Source: Octopus bimaculoides
Taxonomy: Eukaryota
Assembly (NCBI RefSeq): GCF_001194135.2
Contig: NC_068998.1
Coordinates: forward strand, 31,215,078 to 31,279,077
Length of the DNA: 64,000 nucleotides
Direction of reading: 5' to 3'
Part shown: piece by piece, positions 12,500 to 23,994 of the stretch
Layout of the letters: each line of letters opens with the position of its first letter
How positions within the stretch are numbered: the first letter of the stretch is position 1
The notes under the pieces: generated by a model
Database searches by the model: none
The model's input: the letters and a program-made list of their open reading frames with translations, nothing else
What the model was told of the DNA's origin: nothing
Position numbers and translations under genes: made by a program

Positions 12500-12970
12500 T
12501 CACTGGCTGGTGAGGATTGCTGCTGGAAGGCCATATGTGTTGCTGCAGAATTCAGCTTCTTCTCATACCAATGGAATGAATCAGAAGTGGTTGTTGAAGA
12601 ATTTCCAAGACTTCATCAGCCCCAATTTCTGGCCTCCTAATTCCCCCAATTATAATCACAATGGATTATTGTATGTGAGGTGCAGTTGAGAAAAACACTA
12701 ACCGCTCTGCCTGCAACACAAAGACTGAACTGATATCCAAGATGAAGGAGGTGTTTGAAGATCTTCCCAAGGACACAGTGAGGAGCTCCTACACCATGTT
12801 CTGGAGCCATCTTGAGTGCATAGTGGAAGCTGAGGGAGGTTACTTTGAGCAAACTGTTATCTCCCAGCCATAATCTAATTGATATTTTTTTGATCTTTTG
12901 AAATACTTTTATTTTTGACTGGTATATTGTGTTTTCTTTCCTTTTATGCAACTGTCAAATTTAGCCTGAA
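12500..12970 (+). mobile_element. Tc1/mariner-family transposase 3' fragment
   Basis: FWPPNSPNYNHNGLLYV resembles the WPPNSPDLNP(M/L)DY motif. Confidence 0.65.
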
Positions 12971-12974
12971 TAGC

Positions 12975-13260
12975 ACACAAAACAGTTTCTTTTCTCTCTT
13001 TGCCTTTTCTACTGCTACTACAATGGCCTGTTCTCTTCAGAGCTGGCTGGTCCTGTGTCACATTCATTCAGGCACTCCTAACCACTTCACATTCTATCTC
13101 CCCACCAATTGCTGCAACCAGTTCTTTCTACTTAGAATATCAGCTCACTGATGTTCCCTCCATGCTCATGTCTTTTCTGCAACCATTGACATTCTTTTGT
13201 TCAGAAATAATGTTGACTGTTTCATTTTTGCTAGTCTTAGAATGCCTTTCAGGACCTCTG
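12975..13260 (+). mobile_element. CR1/L2-group LINE 3' fragment
   Basis: LFYCYYNGLFSSELAG resembles the C-terminal LFYRYYxGxCSxEL motif. A related - strand fragment lies at ~18420-18900. Confidence 0.45.
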
Positions 13261-13325
13261 ACTTAGCCTCTTCCTCCAAACCAGTATAATAAAGATTTTA
13301 AGTGTCACTAATTCTCTGTTTCCAG

Positions 13326-13412
13326 AATATGTTTGAATTAACTTTGTCACAAGCTCTTGGTACTTCTGGTAAAAAGGACACTGACACTATTGGATCATCA
13401 AAGTTGAATAAG
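13326..13412 (+). CDS. COPB1: Coatomer subunit beta, exon (first visible in window)
   Basis: TTTCCAG|AATATG...AATAAG|GTATAT; 87 nt, NMFELTLSQALGTSGKKDTDTIGSSKLNK. Joins in frame to VTQLTGFSD as in known beta-COP (SKLNKVTQLTG). Confidence 0.85.
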
Positions 13413-15333
13413 GTATATTTACTTGTTATTTATTTATTTCATATACATGATATGAAATCTATTTACAACACCCTAATGATAGGATGGTAACAGACATTCC
13501 TGGGCCTAATTTGTGTGTGCTGACAGCTAACAGTAGTGTTAGACTATGTCAACATATTTCTATGACAGTTACCATGTTGTTGTGTTTGTAGTGTATGGCA
13601 GTATTAGTATTGATGTCAGCAGTTTTAGCAATTATAATGTTGGAAGTATGATATTTTATTATTTTTGTAATGGTATGCACATAGAATATTGTTAAGTGTC
13701 ATTGTTGTTTAGCCCAAGTCAGCTATGCCCATGACCACATTATCCACTGTGTTCTCCCATTTTAAAGATAACAGGGTGGTGTCTGAAGAAATTCTGCTGC
13801 TATTTCTTGCAAGTTGAGCAACCATATAGAAGCTCCCTCATTTGCTGATAGTGAAGTGCAGTATGATGTAAAATATTGGTCTAATAATGTAACCCTAATA
13901 ATATAGTATTGTGTAGGATAATATGGTGTAGTATATTAGTATGGTAATATTGTTTAATGTAGTGTGGCATGGAGAAGTTGTATAGGGTAGTATATTATAT
14001 AGTAAAATAAAAATTACTAGTATAAAATATGTAATAAGGTAGTTAAAATACAAGTGCACTATATAGAGTACTTAGGAAGTACAATTGCAGTGAATTTTGA
14101 ATTAAGAATATAGTTGTAGAGAATTAGGTTGTTTCAGTTATGTAACACAGTATAATTCTGATTTAAAGTGTAGTAAAAGCTGTAGAATAGAATGTAATCA
14201 TTATTACAGTTCCGATACATGGGATATTTATAACATAGTCCTGTTGTAGATGATAGCTTAAGTATATTTAGACACTAAATAGCTCTAGCTATGATGTAGT
14301 TATATGATGTTGGTAAAAGGAGTAGTTATAGTGCAATGTAGTACATAAGATGCCTCTGGTATACAGTTATATTATTTATTTAAGGTAGTTATCATTCTTT
14401 TCATTGTGTACTTATAGTTCTTGTAAATAGCATAATGAGAATTTTGATTTATTGAATAATTAGGTGGATACAGGAGTGGACAATTATCCAAGTGTTCAGT
14501 GGGGTGTGTCCTGTTCTCTGCACTGCATTGTATTCATGAACTCTTAACTCTTAAATGGTCAAATTTAAATATTGCAGGGTAGGGGCAACTCATTGATCAA
14601 GTTGAGTGATTTTTTTTAGCTTACAGTGCACAATCCGAATCCCTCCTGTTGGAATTTAGGTTAACACTTAAGGCATTGGTCAGGACACAATGGTGCATTC
14701 CTTTATGATGTATTCTATAAAACAGAAACTAGTACTGAGGTAATAAGCAAATATTAAGTGTGGTAGGCTTGTGCTGCTGACAAGCACATGAACATGCCAA
14801 AACAAAGAATAGATCAAACTACTCTCTATGGTATTGTTTGGTAAGAGAAAATGACTTTAATATAAAAATACCAGAGGGAGGCTGTAGCAAATTACTTCTA
14901 TTATTAAATTATGAATACAGTCATAATTTTTTTGTACTATTAATATTATTTTTTTATTATTTACATCTATACCACATTTTGACTACTTTAATCTTTGACC
15001 ATCGTAAGATATCTTATTCCTGAACATTATATGACATGCACATTGTGCTACACATAGACATATATGTAGCATGTCATAGCATAATGGTCAAGAGTATTAC
15101 TACCTTTTGTTTAGAAATAAAGGTACTTAGTTCAAATTTATTTTAGTATGTTTATATGGTAATCAACTAATCAAATAGTATCAATATAAATATTTAAATT
15201 AATATAGAAATTAGATACTGGACTAAAAATGAGATAACAACAAAATACCAAACTTCAGTTAATGTTCTATTGTTATTATTTTGTATATAGCAGTGTGTGT
15301 GTTTATTTTATTTTCTATGAAGTCAGTGTGTAT

Positions 15334-15902
15334 GGATCTATTTTAAAACGGGGGCCACATTTTTCATTAATGTTTTACGTAGTGTTTTTGGTACGGAAAG
15401 ACTTTCAAACTTCGTATACTTATCTATTTTGCGTTATAGAACAGAAAAATATTTTTGTATTCGAATTTATTTCATGTAAAAAATTGTCTTATTTCGATAA
15501 TTTCAACCAATCACTGACAAGTATTCAGTTGTTTATATTTACTCCTTTGGCTGATTAAGCGATGTAAAGCGTATTTAATCTCCATACCTTCGTTTTATTT
15601 GCTTTTTTCATTTTAAATTTGCTTTAACCCTAACCCTAACCCTAACGTTAGGGTTAGGGTCAATTGTTTCAGAATCGTTTGTTTATGTAGTCGGCACTTA
15701 ATGTATATCGGCTGAATGGACGTCAGTGATTGGTTGAAATTACAGAAATACGACAACTTTAACATGGAAAGACTTATGGATTTCTTTTTTTTTTTAAGAA
15801 GACTAAGAGAAAAAGATGTTTTATATGACACGTTCTACCAGTGTTCCAAGTTTCAAAGTGTTTCGTTAATGAAAAATGTGGCCCCCGTTTTAAAAAAGAT
15901 CC
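15334..15902. mobile_element. MITE with GG-initiated TIRs and 8-bp TSD (Merlin- or MULE-like)
   Basis: TIRs GGATCTATTTTAAAACGGGGGCCACATTTTTCATTAA and TTAATGAAAAATGTGGCCCCCGTTTTAAAAAAGATCC; TSD GTGTGTAT at 15326-15333 and 15903-15910. Confidence 0.85.
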
Positions 15903-15944
15903 GTGTGTATTTATAAGGATGCATATATTATGATGATATTTCAG

Positions 15945-16089
15945 GTGACACAGCTGACAGGATTTTCTGACCCAGTTTATGCTGAAGCCTATGTTAATGT
16001 GAATCAGTATGACATAGTACTAGATGTGCTAGTTGTCAACCAGACTGCTGACACACTTCAGAATTTAACTTTAGAACTTGCCACACTTG
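15945..16089 (+). CDS. COPB1: Coatomer subunit beta exon
   Basis: TTTCAG|GTGACA...CTTG|GTAAGT; [48 protein letters not shown]. Confidence 0.97.
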
Positions 16090-16129
16090 GTAAGTCTTCC
16101 TCTCTCAACTTTGATTCTATATATATTTC

Positions 16130-16401
16130 CAGTGGTGAACTGGGTGTAAAAATATTGGTTGCCAGGAGACTAAGGGGGCCCACCCGCATCTACAGTGCTA
16201 TCATTTAATTTTTTTTTTTTATTAAAAGTATTCTTTTCAACTGTCTACAAACACAGCCAGGCTGAAATAACTAATGCATTCTTCCAGGAGTGAATAAAAA
16301 AATTCTCAAACTTGAGGGGATGGGCCCCCATATATGGATTCTAATGGTGCAGGGGCCCACTTGTCATCGGACAAGCTGGCAACCTGGCCAGTCTGCCACT
16401 G
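16130..16401. mobile_element. hAT-type MITE
   Basis: Ends CAGTGGTGAACTGG and CCAGTCTGCCACTG; 8-bp TSD TATATTTC at 16122-16129 and 16402-16409. Confidence 0.85.
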
Positions 16402-16603
16402 TATATTTCTATATATTTTCATTCTAATCATCTGTTTTTCTCTCTCTCTGTTCCACTTCTCTCATATTGCTCTTCTATCCCTATTTCTATATGTGACTCA
16501 AAAGTCTATCTATTTCTGTCTTATGTCCCTCTGTTTTTATCTTCTCTTCTTTCATTCCATAAACCAAGATGTTAACTACTTCCTCCTTCTTCCACTTTTG
16601 CAG

Positions 16604-16723
16604 GTGACTTGAAACTGGTTGAGAAGCCACAGCCAGTGACCATGGCCCCTCATGATTTTTGTAACATAAAGGGCAATGTGAAAGTTGCTTCTACAGAGAA
16701 TGGTATCATTTTTGGTAACATTG
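16604..16723 (+). CDS. COPB1: Coatomer subunit beta exon
   Basis: TTTGCAG|GTGACT...ATTG|GTATGT; [40 protein letters not shown]. Confidence 0.97.
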
Positions 16724-17190
16724 GTATGTAAAAGTTATATTCCTCCTCCCTCTCCTCCCTTCAGTACCCCTATTTCCATATAAGTATGGGTAGGATTTAT
16801 GTACAGTATGATATATCACTACTTCTTAGATTTTGCTTAACAAATCTTCTTAGGCATCCCTTGCTCAGACTGCTATTTGAAATTATTCTTGTGGAATAGG
16901 GAAACAGTGATGGTCAAATCTCAGAAAATACTTCACAGATGCAAGGCAACTTTAGTGTCATTGTCATCATCATCATCATTTTACATTTGCTTTTCATTCT
17001 GGCGTGGATTGCACAGTTCAGCATATATGATTGGTCAGAAAACCATGTCTTGCCACAGTGCCTCAGTTATGCCCTTCCCAACAACAATCGTTTTACGAAG
17101 TGCACTTTTTCTGTATCATTGGCACAATTAAAAAGTACTGCCAAACCCTGTTTTGTCTCTGCTTGATTTATCAACCACTTTACAGACTGT

Positions 17191-18370
17191 ACTATGAGGA
17201 TCAGGTGAAAAGTTCATATATGCTGGCCAAGTTACTTTCATGGAATGTGATCAAATGAGGTTTATTTTTTGACATAGTTCCTTTTACAATCCACATACTC
17301 CTTCCACAGTGTTGCAGCACCTGGATTCCATTGGTGAAAAAGCTTTCATCCTGTTGATCAAAAAAGTCATCAACAGCAGATACGCTGTCATCATCACTTC
17401 TATACTGGTCCCCAGCCAAGTGTTTATTGTTCATGTTGGGAACAGATGATAGTCAAATGAGGCCAAATCAAGAAAATAGAGAGGGTGATCAACCAGTTCA
17501 AAGCCACAATCATACACAGCAGCCATTGAAACCAAGGACTTGTGTGCTGGACCATTGTCCTAATGAAAGAAGACCCTTTTGTCAGTTTTTCTGGGCATTT
17601 GGTTTTGATAGCCTTTCATACCTGCCTCAGCAAGTTGGCATAGTACTTTCTGTTGATAGTGTGACCCCTTTGAAGATAGTCAATGAACACAATACCTTTT
17701 GCATCTCAAAAATCTGAGGCAATCAGCTTCTCTGCAGATAAAACAAGCTTGGCATTCTTTGGAGCAGATGAGGAAGGGTGTTTCCACTGCATAGATTGTC
17801 TCTTTGTCTCTGGCCCAAAGTGATGAATCCAACACTCTTCCTAAGTTAGGAAACTTTCATGGAAACCAGCTAGATCTACCTCAAACAATGTCAGATTTTC
17901 CCATGATGTGATCAGCTTAGTGTGCTTTTGAAGAGGTGTTGGAAGACATGGTACTCACCAAGCAGAAACCTTTGTCATGCCAAGTTCATTGTGCAGAATA
18001 TCCTCAACTCTCATGGAGTATGTTAACAGCATTGGCTATTTAATTTATAATCAGTCACCTGTCATCCATCACCATGTGACCACAGTTAATGTTTTCCTTT
18101 ATGGTGGCAGTTGCAGGATGTCCAGACCTTGGGTCATCTTCAAGACTCTCCCTTCAGCTACTTACTATTGTACTGTTGATAAAACTGGAGCATTATCCCC
18201 TAATATAGCAACCATGTCAGCATGAATGTCCTTGGGGGCTAAACTCTTTTCCTGCAGACATTAGATAACACTGATGCCAAATTTTGTCCATTTTTAAGAG
18301 AAGTCAATACCAGTTACTTTTGAAGTCCTTTGAATAGTCATATGTCAGTTTAACTGGAAAGAACCTAAAT
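17191..18370 (-). mobile_element. Mariner transposon remnant
   Basis: TIR-like TATGAGGATCAGGTGAAAAGTTC at ~17191. The - strand C-terminal piece 17201-17434 reads AVDDFFDQQDESFFTNGIQVLQH. Confidence 0.7.
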
Positions 18371-18419
18371 AATTATTAATAAGAAGAGTTGAAATTAATG
18401 TACGCGAGATTTCACAGCT

Positions 18420-18900
18420 CTAACAACCTAGCAACACTCCTCCATAATCAGCTTATTAACTTTTCAACCTACTTTTCATTGTACCAGCATTAGTGAGGTT
18501 GCCTTGTAACTCACAGGGTAAAAGAGCCTCAACCATTGAAAGATTGAACAGGAGAGAGAATGATGACTTTAGATGAAGTGTTGGGGGAGGAATGGACTTA
18601 TTGTCATAAGGAAGTGGTGGTGGACAGATTAACAGAGGATGCAGCAGAGCCATTCTCAAAGTAACATACCTAAGAAAGTGACAGAAAAATCAAGGTAGGT
18701 GAGTGTAAGTTGCAAGAGTGCAATTTAAGCATTATGATTTAGAAGGATAGAATGAAGTGGAGAGGATTCAGAATTGATAGGTTGGGTGACATAAAAGTGT
18801 GTAGAATAGATGATAGAGAAAAGGGAGGGTATTAGATAGGGGAGCTAAGGATTTACTATGCATAGATTGAAGTCTTTTATCTCAGTTATGAGTGGCTTAG
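18420..18900 (-). mobile_element. CR1/L2-group LINE 3' fragment
   Basis: Degenerate C-terminal similarity to the fragment at 12975-13260. Confidence 0.4.
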
Positions 18901-18959
18901 TATGATGAGTAGAAGAGATGTTGGGGAGATGAGAGTGTATAGAATAAGAAGTATGCAAT

Positions 18960-19760
18960 GTGGGGAGTGTGCATTACCTCACTATTTTAGTGGGCAGTTT
19001 CCCAAACAGGTATGAGAGGTCAGGTCTTCTGCAGTGTTGTGTATCACCAATCAACATGTTCTCTGTCATCTTCATCAGATGTAATACCTTGAGATCATTT
19101 TCTACTACCTCACCTTCATTTTTCTTTGGTCTCCTCCTTTCATGCTCAACAGTTGCTTCATGCTCCATTTGCATCACATGCCCATACCAGTGCATCTCCT
19201 CTCTTGCACGCTATATCTGATTCTTAAGTTCAGTCTTTCAGTTCATTTATACATTGTTGTTCATGCACATTAACATGGCACATCTAATGAAGCATGCTCA
19301 TGTTACTTTGCACATAAGCATTATACATGATGCCTTTGACTTTGAAAGAAAAATTTTTTGTTAGCAGTAGAGATGAGAGATCGATGACCTTTCTCCAAAT
19401 ATATTCTTATTCTAGCTACCATTCATTTGGAGCACCACCTCCTAGCTAATTAGGTCACATAGGTAACAGAAGCTCTCAGTTAGTTCTTGAAAATATCTGG
19501 GCATATGAGGTAATCTATTTCCCAAGTGCTCTTATTTCTTATTGCTCTGATGCAACTGCTGCATATGAAATCTACCTTTTGTAATTGCCTACCTGTGATT
19601 CCACTATATTTCTTGTGTCCTTTGTTTACACTGACCATGCCTTATTGAATTTCTCTGATTCCTTTCACGGCCATTTCCATGATACTATAAGGGACTTGTC
19701 TTCCTTCTAAATTGCTAAAATTTTTACTTTCATTAAATTCAGTATCAAGTTTTGTTTGTA
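18960..19760 (-). mobile_element. RTE-clade LINE 3' fragment
   Basis: HWYGHVMQM...RRRPKK...VVENDLK on the - strand. Confidence 0.65.
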
Positions 19761-20569
19761 TGTCTGCCTGCAGATGTTGTTATAAAAACTAAGTCTTCAA
19801 TATTAAAAGTATATCATTGTTATTTAACTTAGATGTTACCAATGGTATTCCAGCCATGACAAGACAATCTTTTTGTATATCCAATATGTTCTTTTTTTTT
19901 TTAAATCATAGATTTGGCTTTTTTCTTTTAACAAGCAAGTTGAGTGATCACATAGATGCTATCTTTGTTTGATTTGTATATTGTTAAAGCAGATGCTTTG
20001 AATTTGGGTAACTTTCTTACTTTTTGTAACACCTGAGCTATGAAGTAGAGGTGGAACTTGTCTTGCAAGTTGAACAACTCAAGGTGTGTGTGTGTCAATT
20101 CAACAGAGTTGTTTTCTTTTCTTCGCTGACACTTGCTAGACTAATGTAAATAGTTTCTTTTCTCTGTGCCAGATTGTTATGTCTGGTCTCTTGTGCTTAC
20201 ATTTTACAAAGGTTTTGAGAGGAATATTCTTTTTATATAGTTGCACATGCCCCTCTCCCACATCACTGTAACTTTTTTCTCTGAGCTTCAAGACTATCCA
20301 TTCTACGAATTCCACTATGTAGGTGTTGTGGTCTCTACATCATGCTTTAACAGGCACTACTCTCTTCCCCATTAACTTATAAAAAGTAAAATAAGAATGA
20401 TTCAGAATCTGTATCCACCAGCTGGCTGAACTGAAGTAATACCATGGTTAACCATGGATTTAAAATCCCGACCTACATGTAAGTAATCTAACATTTTATC
20501 CTTAAGTGTGGTCTGATGGCAATATTCTAGGAAATTATTGCTATATTAAACTCTGTTTCTCAATTTCAG

Positions 20570-20805
20570 TCTATGATGTGACCGGAGCGGCAAGTGACAG
20601 AAATTGTGTTGTATTAAATGATATTCACATTGACATTATGGATTATATAGTACCAGCTAGTTGTACCGACACAGAGTTCCGACAGATGTGGGCTGAGTTT
20701 GAATGGGAGAATAAAGTTGTGGTCAACACTAATATCTCAGAACTCCATGAGTATTTAAACCATGTGATGAGCTCCACTAACATGAAGTGTCTTACTCCTG
20801 AAAAG
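20570..20805 (+). CDS. COPB1: Coatomer subunit beta exon
   Basis: TTTCAG|TCTATG...GAAAAG|GTAACA; [50 protein letters not shown]...MKCLTPEK. Confidence 0.97.
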
Positions 20806-21027
20806 GTAACATCAATTGTTTTGGTTTATTGTCTGCTGTTGTTATTTTGGTTTATTGTCTGATGAGATTGAATGTAAGGTGTAGTCTACTACCATGATAT
20901 ATTGTGATGTGGTCTAATGACAGGATATAGTGGGATGTACAGGTATTGAACCAAAGTTCAGCTTGGCTTAAGATATACTATTCCTACATACTTCAACTAA
21001 TGGTAACTATTTGTTGCTCATTGTTAG

Positions 21028-21183
21028 GCACTTTCTGGAGAATGTGGTTTTATGGCAGCCAACATGTATGCCCGGTCTATTTTTGGAGAAGATGTCCTAG
21101 CCAACCTCAGCATAGAGAAGCCAGCTCATCTTAGTAATGATGCACCAGTACAGGGTCATGTGCGTATTCGAGCTAAAAGCCAG
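21028..21183 (+). CDS. COPB1: Coatomer subunit beta exon
   Basis: TGTTAG|GCACTT...AGCCAG|GTAATT; [32 protein letters not shown]...[10 protein letters not shown]. Confidence 0.97.
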
Positions 21184-21825
21184 GTAATTTGTTTTTCCAT
21201 TTCTTATTTCATTTTTGTTTCATTTGTTTCAGTCATTATCATCACAGTATATTTTCCATGTTGCTATGGGTTAGATAGATCAGAAGACCATGTTAAGCTG
21301 ATGCATTCCATTTCTGGCATGGTTGTTATAACCAGATGGCATTTCTAACACCAGTCACATGACGGAGTTTACTAGGCTCATATTATCATGGTATCAGCAC
21401 TTAGAGGTTGTCATTTTCTTGATGCAACCAAAGAATCCTCTCAACCCTACATTATCTTTAAATACTAACCATATTAAAAGTGCACTGGATGCATCATATC
21501 ATTGACATTGTAAAGGTTGCCGTGTACCTTATGCGAATAAGGACTCCTCTCTTCTCTATGTGGTCTTTATATTTTTCAGGTGACCAAGAGTATGAATATG
21601 AGTGTAGTGGGATGGTAGGAGGGATAGAGATACGTACACATTGGTCTGTTGTTAGTTTGTAAGAGGATGGATAAGTAGTTTGCTGAAATGACAATAAAGA
21701 TATATCATAATGAGAGATAGTGAGTGGTGGATAGCAACTAAGGTGGTGATGATAAGAGTTGTAGGAGTCAAGTAAAAGTTACATGGGGCCGAGAGGCAGG
21801 GCTAGAATGATGGTTAGCAGTAGAG

Positions 21826-21860
<35 letters not shown>

Positions 21861-21989
21861 AATCTGTATATGATGGGATTCTAGACTCTCATGTCAATTT
21901 TGGCATATGAACATCTAGTTGTTTAATAAACTAGACAGCCAACTCATTGAATTAGCATACCAAGTGGCTGAATATTCTTGAGATACATG

Positions 21990-22235
21990 TACCCTTCATG
22001 TAATTCTCAGGTAGAATCAATATGACATAGTGTGACGAGGCTGGACCTTTAAATTATAAGTACAGTCCATTTCATATAAGCTTGTATACAGTTTCTGCTT
22101 ATTCAAACTCATTCACATAACTTGGGTTGACCCAAGGCTATGGTAAATGCACTTGTAGAAGATGTCAGGCAGTGGAATCAAACCCTGGAATTAATGATTG
22201 TGAAACAAACTTCTAATTCAATCAGCCATGCCTAA
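21990..22235 (-). mobile_element. tRNA-headed SINE (degenerate)
   Basis: Reverse complement resembles the GGCATGGCTG...AGAAGTTTG...TTCC head seen at 29718. Confidence 0.5.
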
Positions 22236-22650
22236 GTCCATATGTATATATCTATGTATATATTCATATATTTGTACACAAAAACTCTTTCTCTGTAATT
22301 TACACACATGTACCTTACACATACATACACACAGAAAATATACTTTATTTGCTATTATGGCAATGAATATTTGGGGAAGGATTTGAGTGGGGTACCTGAA
22401 ATTATATGGGGCTGGATGAAATTGAATCTATCCTCTCTGCTCCCTTTCCTTTATCTGAACATGGTTTCAAGTTGCCAGGAGGTCAGCTCAGTGGTAATAG
22501 GGGTTGGTAATCTGAAATCGCTACACTGGAATAATTTAAAAAAAAAAAGTCACAGGTGAATTTGTTGGTATGGCTGTTTGGTATGCTATACACCTTAGAA
22601 TAAACTCATGTGATGCTGCCATCTCTTCCATGATAGACGACCATGTAGAG

Positions 22651-22947
22651 CAGGGATTCTCAACCATTTTTTATCCATGGATCCCCTTTGATTATTATTT
22701 TATTCTGATGGACCCCCGTAGCCATTCGATGCTTAACATCTAGTTTTATAGAATACTATTTATTAATGTCTTCACATTAATTTTTGTAGGTTGAACGATG
22801 TAAAATGTTAGAGAAAGAAACCTAGCTGTTTCTAGCATACATACCAATACCTACGTCTAAAGCAAAATTTTTTCAAGGGCCCTTAGAATATTATTGTGGA
22901 TCCCCAGTTTATTATTTTATTGTATGGACCAAGGTTCAGAACCACTG
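22651..22947. mobile_element. hAT-Charlie-type MITE
   Basis: Ends CAGGGATTCTCAACC and GGTTCAGAACCACTG; 8-bp TSD ATGTAGAG at 22643-22650 and 22948-22955. Confidence 0.88.
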
Positions 22948-23923
22948 ATGTAGAGGATGGACTTCTTGTTAGTTTGTTTAAAAGAGAGTAATTAACACTG
23001 TGATAAAATAAGGAAAGAAATATTTATGGATTGAGTACTATTAGACAAATATGGAATAATAATAACTTTGATATCTTTGATAGGTTTCAGCCAGTATAGG
23101 CCCAGGCCATGTCTAACTTAATACAAAGGAAAATTAGATGTATCATAACAGAAAAATTACACAAATTGGGAATCAGATGTGTAAATATCATTTAGCAACT
23201 TGCAGACAGAGTGTCTGGGGCATGAATTTTATGCTAGTATATATAATAATTAAAATCCAGAAGTGAGTGACAAAAATGATTTCATTCTGTGTGTGAAAGT
23301 TATGATGTTTCGCATATGGATACGTCTATGTAAACAATGCAATCAAAGATAGAAAAATAGGTGATGGGTGTATATGCATATTTCAGGAGTTCTTGCTCCT
23401 TCTTCAGTACCACATCCAAACCATTAACCATCCACAAGCACATTGCTTCAACAGCCACTAAATTTAGCAGTGTGACATAATTGAATATACCAATCTTACA
23501 TATTAAGCATATTTCTGGCAACTGGTACATACATATTAGTTACTGGTAGGGACACTGTATTTCATTATGCAACCATAATATACTACCAATTATATTAAAT
23601 GTGTATAAGTCAGTATTGTGTCCCACCTGTGTTAGCATTATGATTCAATCATTATGTATGTATGTGTGTATATATATATATATATATGGAAAGTGGACGT
23701 TAAACGATGATGATGATGATGATGATGATAAATGTCTAGTTAGAATAGAGGCAGCTGATGAATAATTCCAAGTGGCTTTCTGTTTTCCTATGTGTTCGTT
23801 CCATTGTCTGTAGTTCATTGTTCTAACATCCTGTACCCTGATATGCATCTATATACACATGTAGATGTAAGTATATACATATATGTGTGTATACATGCAT
23901 ATATATTCTTTGTATTATATATA

Positions 23924-23989
<66 letters not shown>

Positions 23990-23994
23990 TAAAT

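Noticed and set aside
15620-15662. Possible ancestral telomere-telomere fusion site
   Set aside because: The orientation is CCCTAA then TTAGGG (opposite to a fusion scar), there are only ~5 units, and it is the centre of a MITE with TSD.
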